64,000 nt of DNA from Pelomyxa schiedti (Eukaryota > Protista > Evosea), in assembly GCA_020536535.1 (NCBI GenBank), contig JAHLWZ010000807.1, positions 1 through 64,000 on the forward strand. Direction: 5' to 3'. Every line of letters begins with the position of its first letter. Position 1 is the stretch's first letter. The notes under the pieces are model-generated. The model searched no databases. It had not been told where the DNA came from and was given only the letters and a program-made list of their open reading frames with translations. The position numbers and the translations under genes were made by a program. Of this stretch, positions 10,345 through 23,536 are shown in pieces.

Positions 10345-11383
10345 AGGAGCCAGAACCCTTTCTGAATTGGGCTACCAATGCAAAGCACTAGTAATTGGGC
10401 ACTATGGCCCTGACAGACGTTTCAGTGCTACAACTGCCATTTCTGACGTTTGCCTACTTCCCTTTTCGATATTTTTCCTTATTTTTAATTTTATTCATTT
10501 GCAATAGTTTCTGCGGCGCACGTGTAACTTCACAGTTGTGGAGGAACCAAGCTCAGTCACGTGGAAAGGCACCTTGGATCGATTCCTGGCTTTACCTGTC
10601 GATAATCTGGAGTCTGCAAAGGTATGTCCTGCAAAACTCTACATTTGTCTCACAAATGGCCAAGGTGGCAAGCATTTTTTATTTTACAGGAACTGTGAAA
10701 CAAGTTGGCAACCAACAGAACTTGTTGTTGGCTGATGACAGTGCATTTTCTCCCACAGACTACATGATGCCACTTAGCAATATTGTGTCCCGTATAGCCA
10801 TGGAATCTCATTTGATCATTGCCATAGTGGATGCAGTCCAATCGGAACACGTTTGGGGGCAGTGGGTGTGGAATGTTTACTTCCAACAGCCACTCATCTT
10901 GATAGGTACCTCAAGGAGCATTTTCTTACCTCAGAGGAGCTGAACAGTTAGCACGAGAACATCTCCCAACAGGGTATTACCTGGTGTTATCGATGAATCA
11001 AGGTTGGTTTTGTTCGGTGACTGTCATACTCAACAAACAGCAGGTTATGAGGTGTCTGAGAGCAAAAGAAAGTTCACCAGTTGTTTCAGAGATGGTACTT
11101 CTTTTTTTGTTATACTGTAAGATTTATTTATGAACACAGAGCTTTTGAGTGCAACGACAGGGACACCTTTTGATGACATTGTGGATCGCGCTGTGACTCA
11201 GGTTCAGTTAGGCACAAATGGATGCCTGTGTCCTTGTGTCAATGACACTGTAGGCACCACTTTCGCCCTTTTCTGACTTGAAAAAACAAGTTCCTCGATA
11301 ACAAAGCAACTTGGAGAACGCAACTGAATGCCTTCGAGTTCACTCTTCCTGTAAACAAAAAAAGCCCCAACCAACAACCAAAA

Positions 11384-13764
11384 ATGAGAAGGGTACCAAC
11401 GGTCCCGCCGAAGGCACCGTTTTTCGTGCTAATGGGCGACGTAGGCTCCGGGAAGTCAACGTTGGTCGAAAAACTCACTGGGTTGACTGGTCTAAGCTCA
11501 CGTCAAAGCATTACGTTCACATTGGACTCCAAGGTTCAGCACCCTTTCTTTTTGTTTTTTTCCTAACCGATGTGTTTCAGGTTTTTATTGTTGACCAAGT
11601 GTGCTGCATCGCCGACACACCAGGGCTGAATTCTATGAAAGGCCGTATTGATCACGCACTGAATGTGCTTGGAGCGATGAGATTCAAACCATTGACGTGC
11701 CTGCTCATGGTTTGCTCCCTCAAGGACAGACTCGATGGTTTGGCACAGGCCGTCAGTGACCTCGTCACTCCGTTCATTGAAGAGTTTGGGAACAACATTG
11801 CGGCCATTGTGACGAAGAACGATATCGTACCTACGATCACGCCTGAGGAAATCCGCACAACACTTGGGGAGCTGGGAGTGGAGAGAGTGATGGTAACGAA
11901 CAAAACCACAACAAAGGCGGAGCTGGTTGCCTTCCTGCAAACCCTTCAGGGAATCCCTCCAATTGATGTCACTATTGCCCCTGCTCAGTTGGTTTCCTAC
12001 TTTAAACTGGCCCCTCCCAACCTGAGGATGCGAGCCGTTTACAACAAATACGTGGCGCACTATAAGAAGCTGGCTGAAACGGGCACACAACGGATGAACT
12101 CATTGCAAGGAGATGACAAACGTGATTTCGCTTTTTCGTTCAAGGCATTCATGTATGATCTCATTCCACAGTATCAGGACCAACTGAACCTGGAATTGGG
12201 AGAATGTGAGGGAAGCCTCCTTTTCTGTGGAGAGATGAAGAAAGAGTTCAAACGACAACTGTTGGAAATCAGAAATCAATGCAAGGAGGAACTCTACCTT
12301 TCCTCCAACTCACAGTTCAGGAAGTGCCCTCACTGTGGAAATGTTTGGGTACTGGTTGAAGGTTGTACAGGAAATACTGTATGTGGAAATCGGCCGCTAG
12401 CTGCTGACGTCTGGCGCCCATTCAGCGTATTTGAGTGGGACGTCAATGCCCTCTCCACTCCGGAGTACAACTGGCCAACAAGCCCTGCCACCACAAGAAC
12501 CCACGCCTGCCGATTCACGAGCGCACAGGTCGCACAGTACTTAGATCATATCAGCGCACCAGAAAAAAGACAAGCAATGATTTTCTTGAACACCCTCTTC
12601 ACAAATACAAGTCAACCAAATCAAGACAATGTCAACCAACAGATAGCTCTACTTGCAGCAGAAACGAAGAGAGAGTTGGAAAGGATGAGCCGTGAGCACA
12701 TTTCTCGGCAGGAAGAAGACTTCAGCCGGGCGTATCGCATACTCTGCCCTCCAAAGGAGGCAGAGATCTTCAGCATCAACCAGCTAAAACTTTGCTTTGA
12801 ATACACCCTTGCCCGTTTCTTTTCACACGAAACTGCAGGGCGCAGACCAGAACTCCCGAAGCCTTGTGGAAGAACCATTTCATGGAAGAACATGGCTCCT
12901 GTGCCCCCACCACCCGAGTGGACAAAACAGTTGGAACACATGGAGAGAACTGTTGATGTGCAGGACTCTACAGTTGACCTCAACCTTCACCAGCATCTCA
13001 GCAGCAAAAGCACGCCACAAGTAGCTGTTGTTGCCGACCCATGCATTACAGAAGCTTTTGACGCTCTGAAAACCATGCGAAAATGGAGCCAGAGTGACAC
13101 TTGCGTTGTGAAGGTTCGCGACATGGCTGATGCTGGCAAGTTCCTCTTCCCACTCCCTGAAAGACCAGCTACCCCTCTTACAAGTGTGCTTGCCAGCAAT
13201 CCCAAGTTCAATGACCCCACTGTGAAAAGTGTGGTGGCCAACAACAGGGAGTGGAATGGCCTCGCGGATGACGAAATTGGACTTGTTGCGTTGTTCGCAT
13301 CTGGCCTGCTTTCTGATAATCTGCACAAGGCATTGGTGTACAGAGAACCAACAGCAGACAACCTTGAAATCGCAAGTCACCTTCTTCAGGTGCTCAATAA
13401 GTGTCCAGCAAAGCCTGGGAAAGTGTACCGGGGAGTAGAACTCCACCAGGCCGCCTCACGTTACGTGCCTGGCAAGTGTGTGATTCAAGATTTTTTTTGT
13501 ACTTGCACCAGGGATTCCCGTATTGTTGAGCAGTATGCAAACACCAGTGGGTCTGTAATGGGGCCTAGGACACTTTTTGAAATTGATCAATTCTCTGGGA
13601 TTGACATCCAGTGCATGGCAGCTCATAGGCCACAAAGCACTCTCTTGACACCAAACACAGTTTTCCAGGTATTAAGTGTGGAACGCGAGAGGAAACTGGA
13701 CAAAATACACCTAAAAGAGGTTCATGGAGATGATCTTCTACTCATCATGGAGCACTCCACCTAG
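11384..13764 (+). CDS. Paralog C of the GIMAP/IRG-like GTPase family with a C-terminal ART-like domain. Exon 1 is 11384-11533, the intron is 11534-11580 (GTTCAG..CAG) and exon 2 is 11581-13764.
   Basis: G1 is 'FFVLMGDVGSGKSTLVEKLTG', G3 is 'IADTPGLNS' and G4 is 'IVTKNDI'. 'CPHCGNVWVLVEG..VCGN' follows. The C-terminus has 'KVYRGVEL' (R-motif-like), 'FFCTCTRDS' and 'PQSTLLTPNTVFQV'. Confidence 0.65.
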
Positions 13765-13831
13765 GTCTCTGAACACTCATGCATTGTTTGTTACACATTT
13801 GAATTGGCTGAAAAAAATATTCAACAGACCG

Positions 13832-13897
13832 GAACGCTGTCATTTTCCTTATCGTCGCTCAGGATCGGCGGTCTGGTGTTTTTTTTATTTCGCCAAT
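13832..13897 (+). promoter_or_regulatory. Second copy of the conserved ~60-bp element, 3' of the last paralog. The 5'-UTR-like sequence that follows it resembles the leader of paralog B.
   Basis: 'tcaacagaccggaacgctgtcattttccttatcgtcgctcaggatcggcggtctggtgttttttttatttcgccaa'. Downstream, 'tttaattggttgaaagttcgggg' resembles 'ttaattaaaatcgggttgaaaggg' found 5' of paralog B. Confidence 0.4.
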
Positions 13898-14019
13898 TGA
13901 ATTCATTTAATTGGTTGAAAGTTCGGGGTGATTGGGTACAAGGCACGAGTCAAACTGTGGTCATTGAGCAACAGGTGCACAGCAGAGACACAAATCACAG
14001 GAAAAGAACACATCGACAA

Positions 14020-16491
14020 TCAGGACTTCTTTTTGGTTGTTGACGGGAATGTTACGAGCTGTTGAGTTTCAATATCCCCTTTCTTGCATTTCCTGAGTCT
14101 CGTGATTACACACAAGATCAGAAGGATGAGAGTGATAGTTAGTAGAAGTGGTGCATAAAGCCTTCCTGGGGAGTGTGTTCGGGGAGCTGGAACAGAGGCA
14201 AGAGTAAGTGCTGCAACAGCTACTGTGCGAGTGATAGCTGTGTGGTAGTTTTTATCTATTGAACTTGTGGTATCTTTGTTGTCATGATAGCCGGCCCTCC
14301 GGAAGTTATATTCGGCATTGAAGTGCTCGTTCACTAGCACAACCTAAATATGGAGTGAGATGGGGTTACAGCAAAGGGTACTTATACTGGGTAACCAGCT
14401 AAGGCCACAGTTATGCCATCGGTGTTGTAAAGAAAACTTGTGGAGTCCCACCTGTCTGGGGAGATTACCTTCAGATTTGGAGCTTCTTGTTGTGCTGCAG
14501 CCATAAGAATTTTAGCTATGTAAGAAGATTGCCTTGTGTCACTTGGGTTGATCTTGTTTGCGTGAGTACGATAGAAAAAATTAGTGTGGTTACCTGAAAC
14601 GTGTTGTCACTGTTGAACCCAATCATATCCAAAACTATAAATGCTGTAGCATCGCGCCTCATTTCTAAAAGTTTACTAACAAGAAATCTTGCCCCAAGAT
14701 CATCAGCAGGAAATTCCTTTTATTGTGCACTGTCACTCACTACAAGGAAATGGAAGGAATAAAACCTCTCCCACGAGGTGAGCAAGCCAAATATCCCTCT
14801 GAAGAGAACTGACATCTTTCAATACTTGAGCTATGATCATAAGGGCTGCCGTTCCAGAGGCGTCATCATCAGCACCAAGAGACGCAATCAGAGTTTTATT
14901 GGTGGAATACACATCTTCACGCCATGCGACATCAAAGTGATCAGCAATGATAATGGGATACTTCCCGGAATTACTATTTCGACCAGGAATAACCGCCACA
15001 AGGTTTTTGAACGCTTTTCCTTGCCAACTGACTTTTTGCGTCCAAGTTTGCAGTCCCATGCTGGTATAGTATTCGGAGAGGTAGGTGACCACTTCCTGCA
15101 ATTTTGATTCTTCTGCTAAGTTTGAACACTGGCGATGATTTAAGTACAGCATAGGGTGCCTTTCAACAGGTACTTCTCCTGCTTGCTGTTGTGTGAGATA
15201 ATGTAGCTCTTCTGTGAAAGTGCTTGGGAAAGAAATGGTTCGCACGTGCGGTGTATCTTGAAGACTATGCGCTTCTCTCATTGCCTTAGTATTCACCCAG
15301 TTCCATTCCTTGGGCCACTCAACAATTCCATCACATACGTGGAGGAGAAAAGAAGTACTCTCTCCACGTACACGTGGGGGTTGCGGAAGATAGATACAAG
15401 CCCGCTGGTTGAGTTTTGGGGTCACGGAGTACAAATTGGACATCTCCAGAGGCAGCCAGGAAGATCGCCCGGGAAGTGGTACTAAAGTAGAATTGTCCAC
15501 CCATAGACAGTCACCAAAAAAAGGCTTATTAAACCAGAACCACTCAGATGGGGGGCCTAAAACAAGATAAAAAAACATGGATCAAAAAGAAGAATAATGT
15601 ACCTTGGAAGATACACTGCGAACCATAAGTCTCAGAAGGACGGTATAACTCTGCAAATAATGGCTGTGTTTTTTCGTAAGAAGAGGGAAAGAAGGCCCAA
15701 TGGAAATTGCCCTCGCTAAATGATGGAGTACTTGAACGTTTGGATTTCTTCCACCTAGCAATTGCCCAGGTAATTTGGCCAAAGTCATTTTGCACAGGCC
15801 AAGCCTCCACATCAATACACTCAGGGATTTCTGGTTCTATCGGATTGAGCAATATTTTGTGGCTTTTTTGTTTTTTTTTTGTGGTTGGTGTTTTATTTTT
15901 GCTCCATTATCTTTCTAATTTTTGCGCACTTCCAATTGCCGTAGTCTGTGATTCGTTGTTGTTAACAAATAGCATGTCCCATAATCCTCTAAAGTGCGCT
16001 TCACCCAACGCCTTCGCAAAATCCGGCAGGTCAATCCCGCCCCTCGCGCACCCATAACACTCAAACGACGACTCGCACCTCCCAACATCCCCCTCCATCA
16101 CTTTCTCAGTCTCCGTCTCCGTCCCTGCAACCCCAGTCCCAGTCCCAACCCCACTGGCCAACTCCCACATGCTACCACACAGATACAGTGCCGTCCTCTG
16201 TTCCGAGAAGGCATAGTACGTGCCTATCGGCTTGGTCTCGAACACGTGTGCACTCAGAGGTTGCTGCGCCTGTCGTACGGCGTCTCCCTGCAGATCCGAC
16301 GCTGGCCCAACTGCAGTTGCAGTAGATATGAATGAGACTGAGACTGAGGCCAGCAGCGCCCAGTAGCAGTTGCACCCACAAAGTACAACGAAGACCGGGT
16401 GCACGTGCATCGAAAAAAATGGCTGTTTTTCGGATAGAATTTCCAAGAAAGCGCCAAAATCGTGTGATGTAAGAAGGGGTTGTCTTGACAA
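14020..16491 (-). CDS. M28-family zinc metallopeptidase. It is a multi-exon gene with an N-terminal signal peptide and a probable C-terminal transmembrane segment.
   Basis: The minus-strand exons encode 'IIADHFDV', 'GADDDASGTAALMIIAQVL', 'HLVGEE' and 'ATAFIVLDMIG', which are M28 hallmark blocks. The N-terminus 'MHVHPVFVVLCGCNCYWALLASVSVSF' is signal-peptide-like. The 14020-14340 exon ends with the hydrophobic 'LLLTITLILLILCVI'. Confidence 0.5.
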
Positions 16492-16567
16492 GACAATTGA
16501 GATAGGGGTTTTTCCTGGTTTTTAAGTTGGGGTATTCACATAGGGGTTACATTGAATCATTCCTCCG

Positions 16568-17791
16568 TCATGAAATCGAGCATGAGTGCTTTGGGTGAGA
16601 ATGTGTTGGGTGGTGGGGATGTGATGAAACTGGGTGTTTCCTGGATTCCTCACGTGCAATCGCCAGTTCTGTCTCGTGCCTACTCTTGCCCTCTTTGATT
16701 GCTTGCAGTTCTCGCTGGCATGAATTAATCATTGACTCATAGCACTCTAGCACACGGTCTCCATTGAGAGCTGAGACCTAAAACCCACCATGTTACAGGG
16801 GAAAATTGGGAGGAAGAAAGAGTGTTGGTAACCTCGTAATACGCCACTGCTAGTGAATCGGCAAGTGCAAATGCTTCTGTTGAGGTTACTTGCCGCTTTA
16901 GGTCGGATTTATTCCCGACCAGAAATACAAGCGGCAGAAGTTCACCTTCCAAACACGTAAATCTGTCAATTTGTTTATGCCATTGCCACGCACACTCGAA
17001 CGATTCGCGATCAGTCAAGTCAAAAATGATAAAGAACCCTGAGTTGACAGTTTGTTAAATTCCCAAAAAAAAAAAAAAAAAGCAAACCTAGACACCTCTT
17101 CATCCAGCTAAGATTTATTTGAGCGAACTTCTCGTCACCAGCTCGATCCCAAATCTATGATAGTATATTGAGGGATTTATGAAAATATCAACAAAGTGTC
17201 CAACATGTAGGGCTATGTCTTTGTATCTTGTAGAAACGTACCCCTCTGTATCAGGTGTGAATTCACCAGAGGCCTACAATATGTTCCATTAACACTTTCA
17301 GTGGTGAGGGAAACAAAAAAAAAAAAAATAAAAATAAAAAACTAAAACTGCAAATGTCCAACAATGAATGACACCTCCACTTGATCAGGGTCCTGGACAG
17401 GACAGGGAGTGCCTTTGATGCAACACCTCATGAATGATGTCTTGCCAGCACCAGACTCGCCCATAACTGCCAAATAGCTCTCGTGGTCCGACACAGTGGC
17501 GAACCTACTCTCCCTGTACGGCCGTGCACTCGTAGAGGTGCTCGTTGTTGCGGTTGTAGTGGCCATCGTTTGATTTAGGTGGAACTTTTTAGAAGAAGAA
17601 AACGCGGGGGTAGCCACCCGTGTTATCCTCCAGCCGTAATGCTGTGCTACAGGAACTAGTGGACCGCGTTTTGGCAGGTGATATCTCCCTATGAGTTGAC
17701 CGCTGCAGAAGGCGCCGCTTTGGCCAGACAAACTCGCCGTCTCTGGTAGAGAAGAGACAGCCGAGTCCACAATAGATTTCCGGAGACCCAA
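16568..17791 (-). CDS. Ras-superfamily small GTPase (Rab/Ras-like). It is multi-exon and probably starts at 'MATTT..' near 17566.
   Basis: The P-loop is 'AVMGESGAGKTSF', the G3-like motif is 'IWDRAGDEKF' (about 17100-17160) and the G4 motif is 'LVGNKSDL'. Confidence 0.45.
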
Positions 17792-18879
17792 GCAATACCC
17801 ACGGGAAACACAATTTATGCTATGTTGTACTGCATGTGAATATCAGTTCTCCTTTTACTACATTGATACAAAGAAGAATGCCACGCTTCTGCGTCGGTGT
17901 GACTTATAGAATTAGGAGGTTCCAAAAACGGGGAAGGGAGGAATGCAACATGCAACTTTCTTGAATCTCACACCCTGCAGCACAGAGTAAAAATATTACC
18001 CAGTACGATAAATATCTGTCTGTATCTGGCAACTCTGGTTTCATTTGGCCTTATAAAGGCACTACTGAATGCAAAGTGACCATTTAAAGAGAGACAATGT
18101 CTCAAAAATCCTCTCTTTCAAGGTACTCAATACAGCAGAAAATTTTATATGTGACGTCCAGAACTGACTCTGGTTCCTTTAGTCCCCGCTGCCAAGGACA
18201 TGGCTTCCTTAAAGATGTGTACAAAATCGCTCCCAATATAATGTGTACACAAAAATGAGAAAGATGCGTGCTGAAGAACGCTGCAATTGACTATTCGTCC
18301 TGTTTGCATGGAGCATCACCCACCAATATCAAAAATTTGCTGCATGATATATTTCTGCGTTGAACCTGATGCCCTCCAGCCACTATGCACACAAAGATAC
18401 CAAACATAATGTTCCATGAACAAAGGTGGATTTTGATTGATCTGGAATTTTGTGCACAGTTCACATGGGAAGCATCCCAAATACATGCCCCCAGAAATAA
18501 CATCTGGCAGAACTAAAGCCTGCCGGAATCACACAGACATGTTCATAGTTCTCGGCCGGACCGTGTGCACGCTTACTGCCACATACACCATCTGGCTGAG
18601 CCTGCAAGTGCCTTGATAGACCAAATGCTGTCTGATAATTCATAAAAGATACCCAGTGCCCTACAAGCACTTGCGTCCTCTTACTTGTCAGAAAGAGAAA
18701 CCATCAGACCCAATCCACCTCTGAAAGTATTTCTCATGTGGTGCAGGGCACTTTTTTTTTTTATCTTTGTGATAGCATTAAGGCTAAGATACATTGTTAT
18801 CCTTTGCTAGCGAAGCTTCGCCGATGGCATCTCTGTTTCATAACTGTAACAATCGATCAATCCAGATTTCTCTCCATTT

Positions 18880-19100
18880 GCAACACTTTATTGTAGTTGT
18901 TGTACAATGAGTGGAGACGGGGTAGGCGGACCCAACTTCGACGCCACTGCCTCGTGCGACGACATGTCTGACGACGTCAAGATGCCCATCGTGGCCGACG
19001 ACGACACGTCGGACGCGGAAAGGCCCCCGCCGCCCCGAGCCCCGGCGCCCCCCGCGTCCCGGCAGCAACACCCCCCTTCCTCCTCCTCCTCGTCGGGCTC

Positions 19101-19139
<39 letters not shown>

Positions 19140-19500
19140 CTCGTTTTCTTCCACGGCAGCCACGTACTCGCGGCGGCCGCGGCGTGTGATCTCGCCCACG
19201 ATGGGGCCCACGTCGCCCTCCGCCGCCCACCTAGCCAAGGAGCCGCCGCCGCCGCCCACGTCGGCGTCCCCCGCCATCGCCGCGTCCACAACAACCACAG
19301 GCACCCACGGGAAGACAGGGAGCACGACTCCCCGGGGAGCGCAGGGAGCCGGGGGCGGGGGGACAACCACAAGCACAAGCACAAGCACAAGCACAAGCAC
19401 AAGCACAAGCACAAGCACAAGCACAAGCACAAGCACAAGCGGCTTAGTAGTGGGGGAGGGGGGCGGGGAGGGAGGAGGAGGGTTCTGTGCTTCTGCGACG
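18880..19500. repeat. GC-rich coding-type low-complexity region containing (CAG)n, (GCACAA)n and poly-Ser/Pro/Gly codons.
   Basis: 'cagcagcagcag..' and 'agcacaagcacaagc..' runs are visible. Every frame gives a long ORF (poly-Q, (TS)n, poly-L/V, poly-C), which is a repeat artefact. Confidence 0.7.
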
Positions 19501-19611
19501 AAGCCAAAGTTACAGCAGGGGGCGATGTGCTGGGCGACTACTCGACCAGGGACGAGAAGGCCAAGTCGGAGGAAGCTTGTGGTCAGTTATCTTTCACAAT
19601 TGTAAAGAACG

Positions 19612-20916
<1,305 letters not shown>

Positions 20917-21941
20917 AATGTAACTATGTCTGTCTACTTGCTTTATATTTTCTTTCAGAAAAAAAGAGACCACATCGGCAATGAATTCACAAACATTTTT
21001 ATTTTGATTTAGAGTTTCCTGCCTCCTGGTAAGGGAGAAACACAACCCCAAGTTTCAGACCACCAGTCCTTTATAGTCTGAATGCTGACAACATGTGATG
21101 AAAACAGCAAGTCAATGAGAGTGGTGATTGTGGCAGCCAGGGCCAGTAGCCGGTCATGCTCGGGCTCAGTTATGGGAGTCAGGTTGGTGAGCTGCTGGAA
21201 CACAAACAAGTAGTCAGTCCCCCTCTTGAGAGGCTGAGTGAGTGCAACTGACAGAGGAAATCCGCCGTACTCATCAAGGTTCTGAAGAATGCCGGTGAGT
21301 ATGAACACAGGTGGATGTGTAGGTAGCAAGATAGAGAAATTGTTTGTTGGTGGGTTTTTTTTTTGTGTCCATCTAATAAGAGGGAGATGTGCTGGGGATA
21401 TGGATGGGGAAGTTTACGTTGAGGACTGTGCCCATACTGGTATCGCTTTGCGTTTTTTGAATGTCAATGAGTGCAAGTATATCAGATTGAAACTGCAGAA
21501 CATAGTCTGAATAAGAACTGTAGGCTCCAGTCTGGAAAATGTTGTGCTTAATAATTTTCTATGCCACTTTTAGGTGAAAAATACTGAATGGAAAGTTTCC
21601 ATAAGATGTGCATTGGAAGGTTTCGCAGAGGCCATTTTTTCACAAAACCTTGGGTGGCAGTAAGTTGGAACTTACATGATCAAGTGCAAGTGATACTCAC
21701 ACAGTGTGTGTCTGTAACAAATTTTCGAAAAGAGCACATGTGGAAACTACCAAAGGATGCTTATTTGTAACGGGATTGGCTTTCAGTGGTCTTACAAATA
21801 TCTGTATTTTATTCATTCAATAAGTTAGATAGTAAGGGAAAACGCACATCATGTGACTTTTCCAGTTCTTCAATATAAGTACTTTCCGTGGCTAAGAGTT
21901 TTGCTATAAGAGTGGATACCCGTTCCTCTCTTGTTCCCTTA

Positions 21942-22835
21942 TTATTTATTAGGGATAAAAATTAGTAGTGAGCTTACATCTGTAAGTTGAAAGCCGGTAT
22001 AAAACATTGATTTTCTTGCTGAGGCACAAGCTTCACTGATTTCAAGTGCCCAAGTCCGTTTCGTAGAGCTAATTGCACTGGCGGTCGCAGAGCTTGATAA
22101 ATTCTTTTGGGTTGTCACTGATGTCTCACATTTCAAGACGGAATTTGGAGAAAACAATAAGAACACTGAGCGAGTATCACCATATTCCAGTGAGCATTTA
22201 CTCAACTCAATTTCATCAATGAATTCGTATTTCTTTGATGCATTTTCGCGTTTGGTAATTACAAGTATGTCAGAGAAGAGCCACATATGAACGTCGTCAT
22301 TGTTCACAATCATCAAACCATCCCGCAGATACTTGCGTTGTGGCATTGCCACAAGCCATGTCTTTTGGAGAAGGTGTGGTGCTGATGGGGGAGCACAAAT
22401 CAGCTTAGAGATGTCAAACAATTTCAGTACATCCTCAATGTTCGGAGTAAATGAGTGTGCATATGCATCCATTTCAATCATGAAGGATGAGGCTTTGAGT
22501 AATTTTGGGTAGTCAGGGTGGTGTTCGTGAGTGAATTGCAGGAGCTTTTCAATGAAGAACGAATCTTTTCATTTATTGGAAGAAGATATACAAAGTGCAC
22601 GCTCACATTTAGAAAACCTATGCAATGGGTCGATGAGTGCTAATTCTACAGGGAATTCAAGTTCATCCAGTGCGTGCTGAAGGAAATGGGAATGCAAAAA
22701 GATTATCATGAAGATAACTACCTCCAAAAAGGCACGGAACTCCGGGTATCTTTTCTTAAATACATCAAAAGAGCCAACACATAGTCCAAATCCATTGATA
22801 AACTGCTCGTACAATGATATCCAGTCATTCTGCAA
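21942..22835 (-). CDS. Putative RhoGEF (DH-PH) gene fragment. The gene likely extends from 21009 to about 23400.
   Basis: The PH-like block is 'HMWLFSDILVITKRENASKKYEFIDEIELSKC'. The upstream DH-like block is 'LALIDPLHRFSKCERAL'. Both identifications are weak. Confidence 0.3.
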
Positions 22836-23536
22836 GGGAAGGTGTGTGCAAGTTCAAGCCTGCTTGTGGGTGGGTGGTGCAAGCAAGTATTGTGCACGTA
22901 AAATATAGGAGAGGTTCGTAGTTTTTACACACGTTTCGTTGATACAAATCTCCGACTTCAGTTGTTTCCTCCTTCCAAGTTGACAATCTTTTCAGGATTG
23001 CTTCGGCAATACTGTAAAATGTCAGACTAGTCCTGATTAAAATGAATAAATACCCTTGGTGGTGCAGTTGAAGGGCTGTTAAGTTGCACCAAAAATGTAA
23101 GTCATCACTCTTAGGTAAAAGAAAAAACCTTCTACATTGGACATCATGAATGCCATTTCCTCTACACTAATTGGAATTTGTGTCGAATGTATTTGTCTAA
23201 AATACTGGCGTGCATTGAGTATAATAGGAGGAAAAAAAGGAAACGAGGCCTACTGCCATGGCAATCTTTGTTCTGGAAACAAAATGCTTCTCCTCCATAC
23301 ACAAGCACTCAATGACATTTCTTCTACAAGTTGCGTCTTCAAGTTTGAATACAATAGGTGCAGGTTGGTCTTCCAGGAGTGACAGAGTGATATCAAGCTG
23401 CCTGTGTAATAGTGTTCACATTTTGTACTTTACTCTTTTCAATAAAGGAGTATCATTTGTACTTATTTCGATCCAGAAGATCATTTAATTCCCCTGTCAC
23501 AGCGGCAATATTAGCTTCCAAATCTTTTGTGATTTG

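Noticed and set aside
10395-10943. A 182-aa + strand ORF between paralogs B and C.
   Set aside because: It has no recognisable motifs, a hydrophobic and low-complexity start, and lies in the 3' flank of paralog B. It is likely UTR or intergenic, though a small gene cannot be excluded.
5427-13764. Initial impression of a prokaryotic toxin or defence island (P-loop GTPase plus ART-like toxin domain, repeated three times).
   Set aside because: The coding sequence is interrupted by canonical GT..AG introns (for example 8213-8277 and 11534-11580). Neighbouring genes are unmistakably eukaryotic (actin, GCN5 with a bromodomain, a WD40 array, Rab, a death domain). Poly-A/T tracts and microsatellites are pervasive.
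18838-19507. Several long overlapping ORFs on both strands (18838-19230 -, 18888-19436 -, 18977-19507 -).
   Set aside because: These are artefacts of the (CAG)n/(GCACAA)n/GC-rich repeat. Only the + strand frame that is contiguous with GCN5 is plausible.
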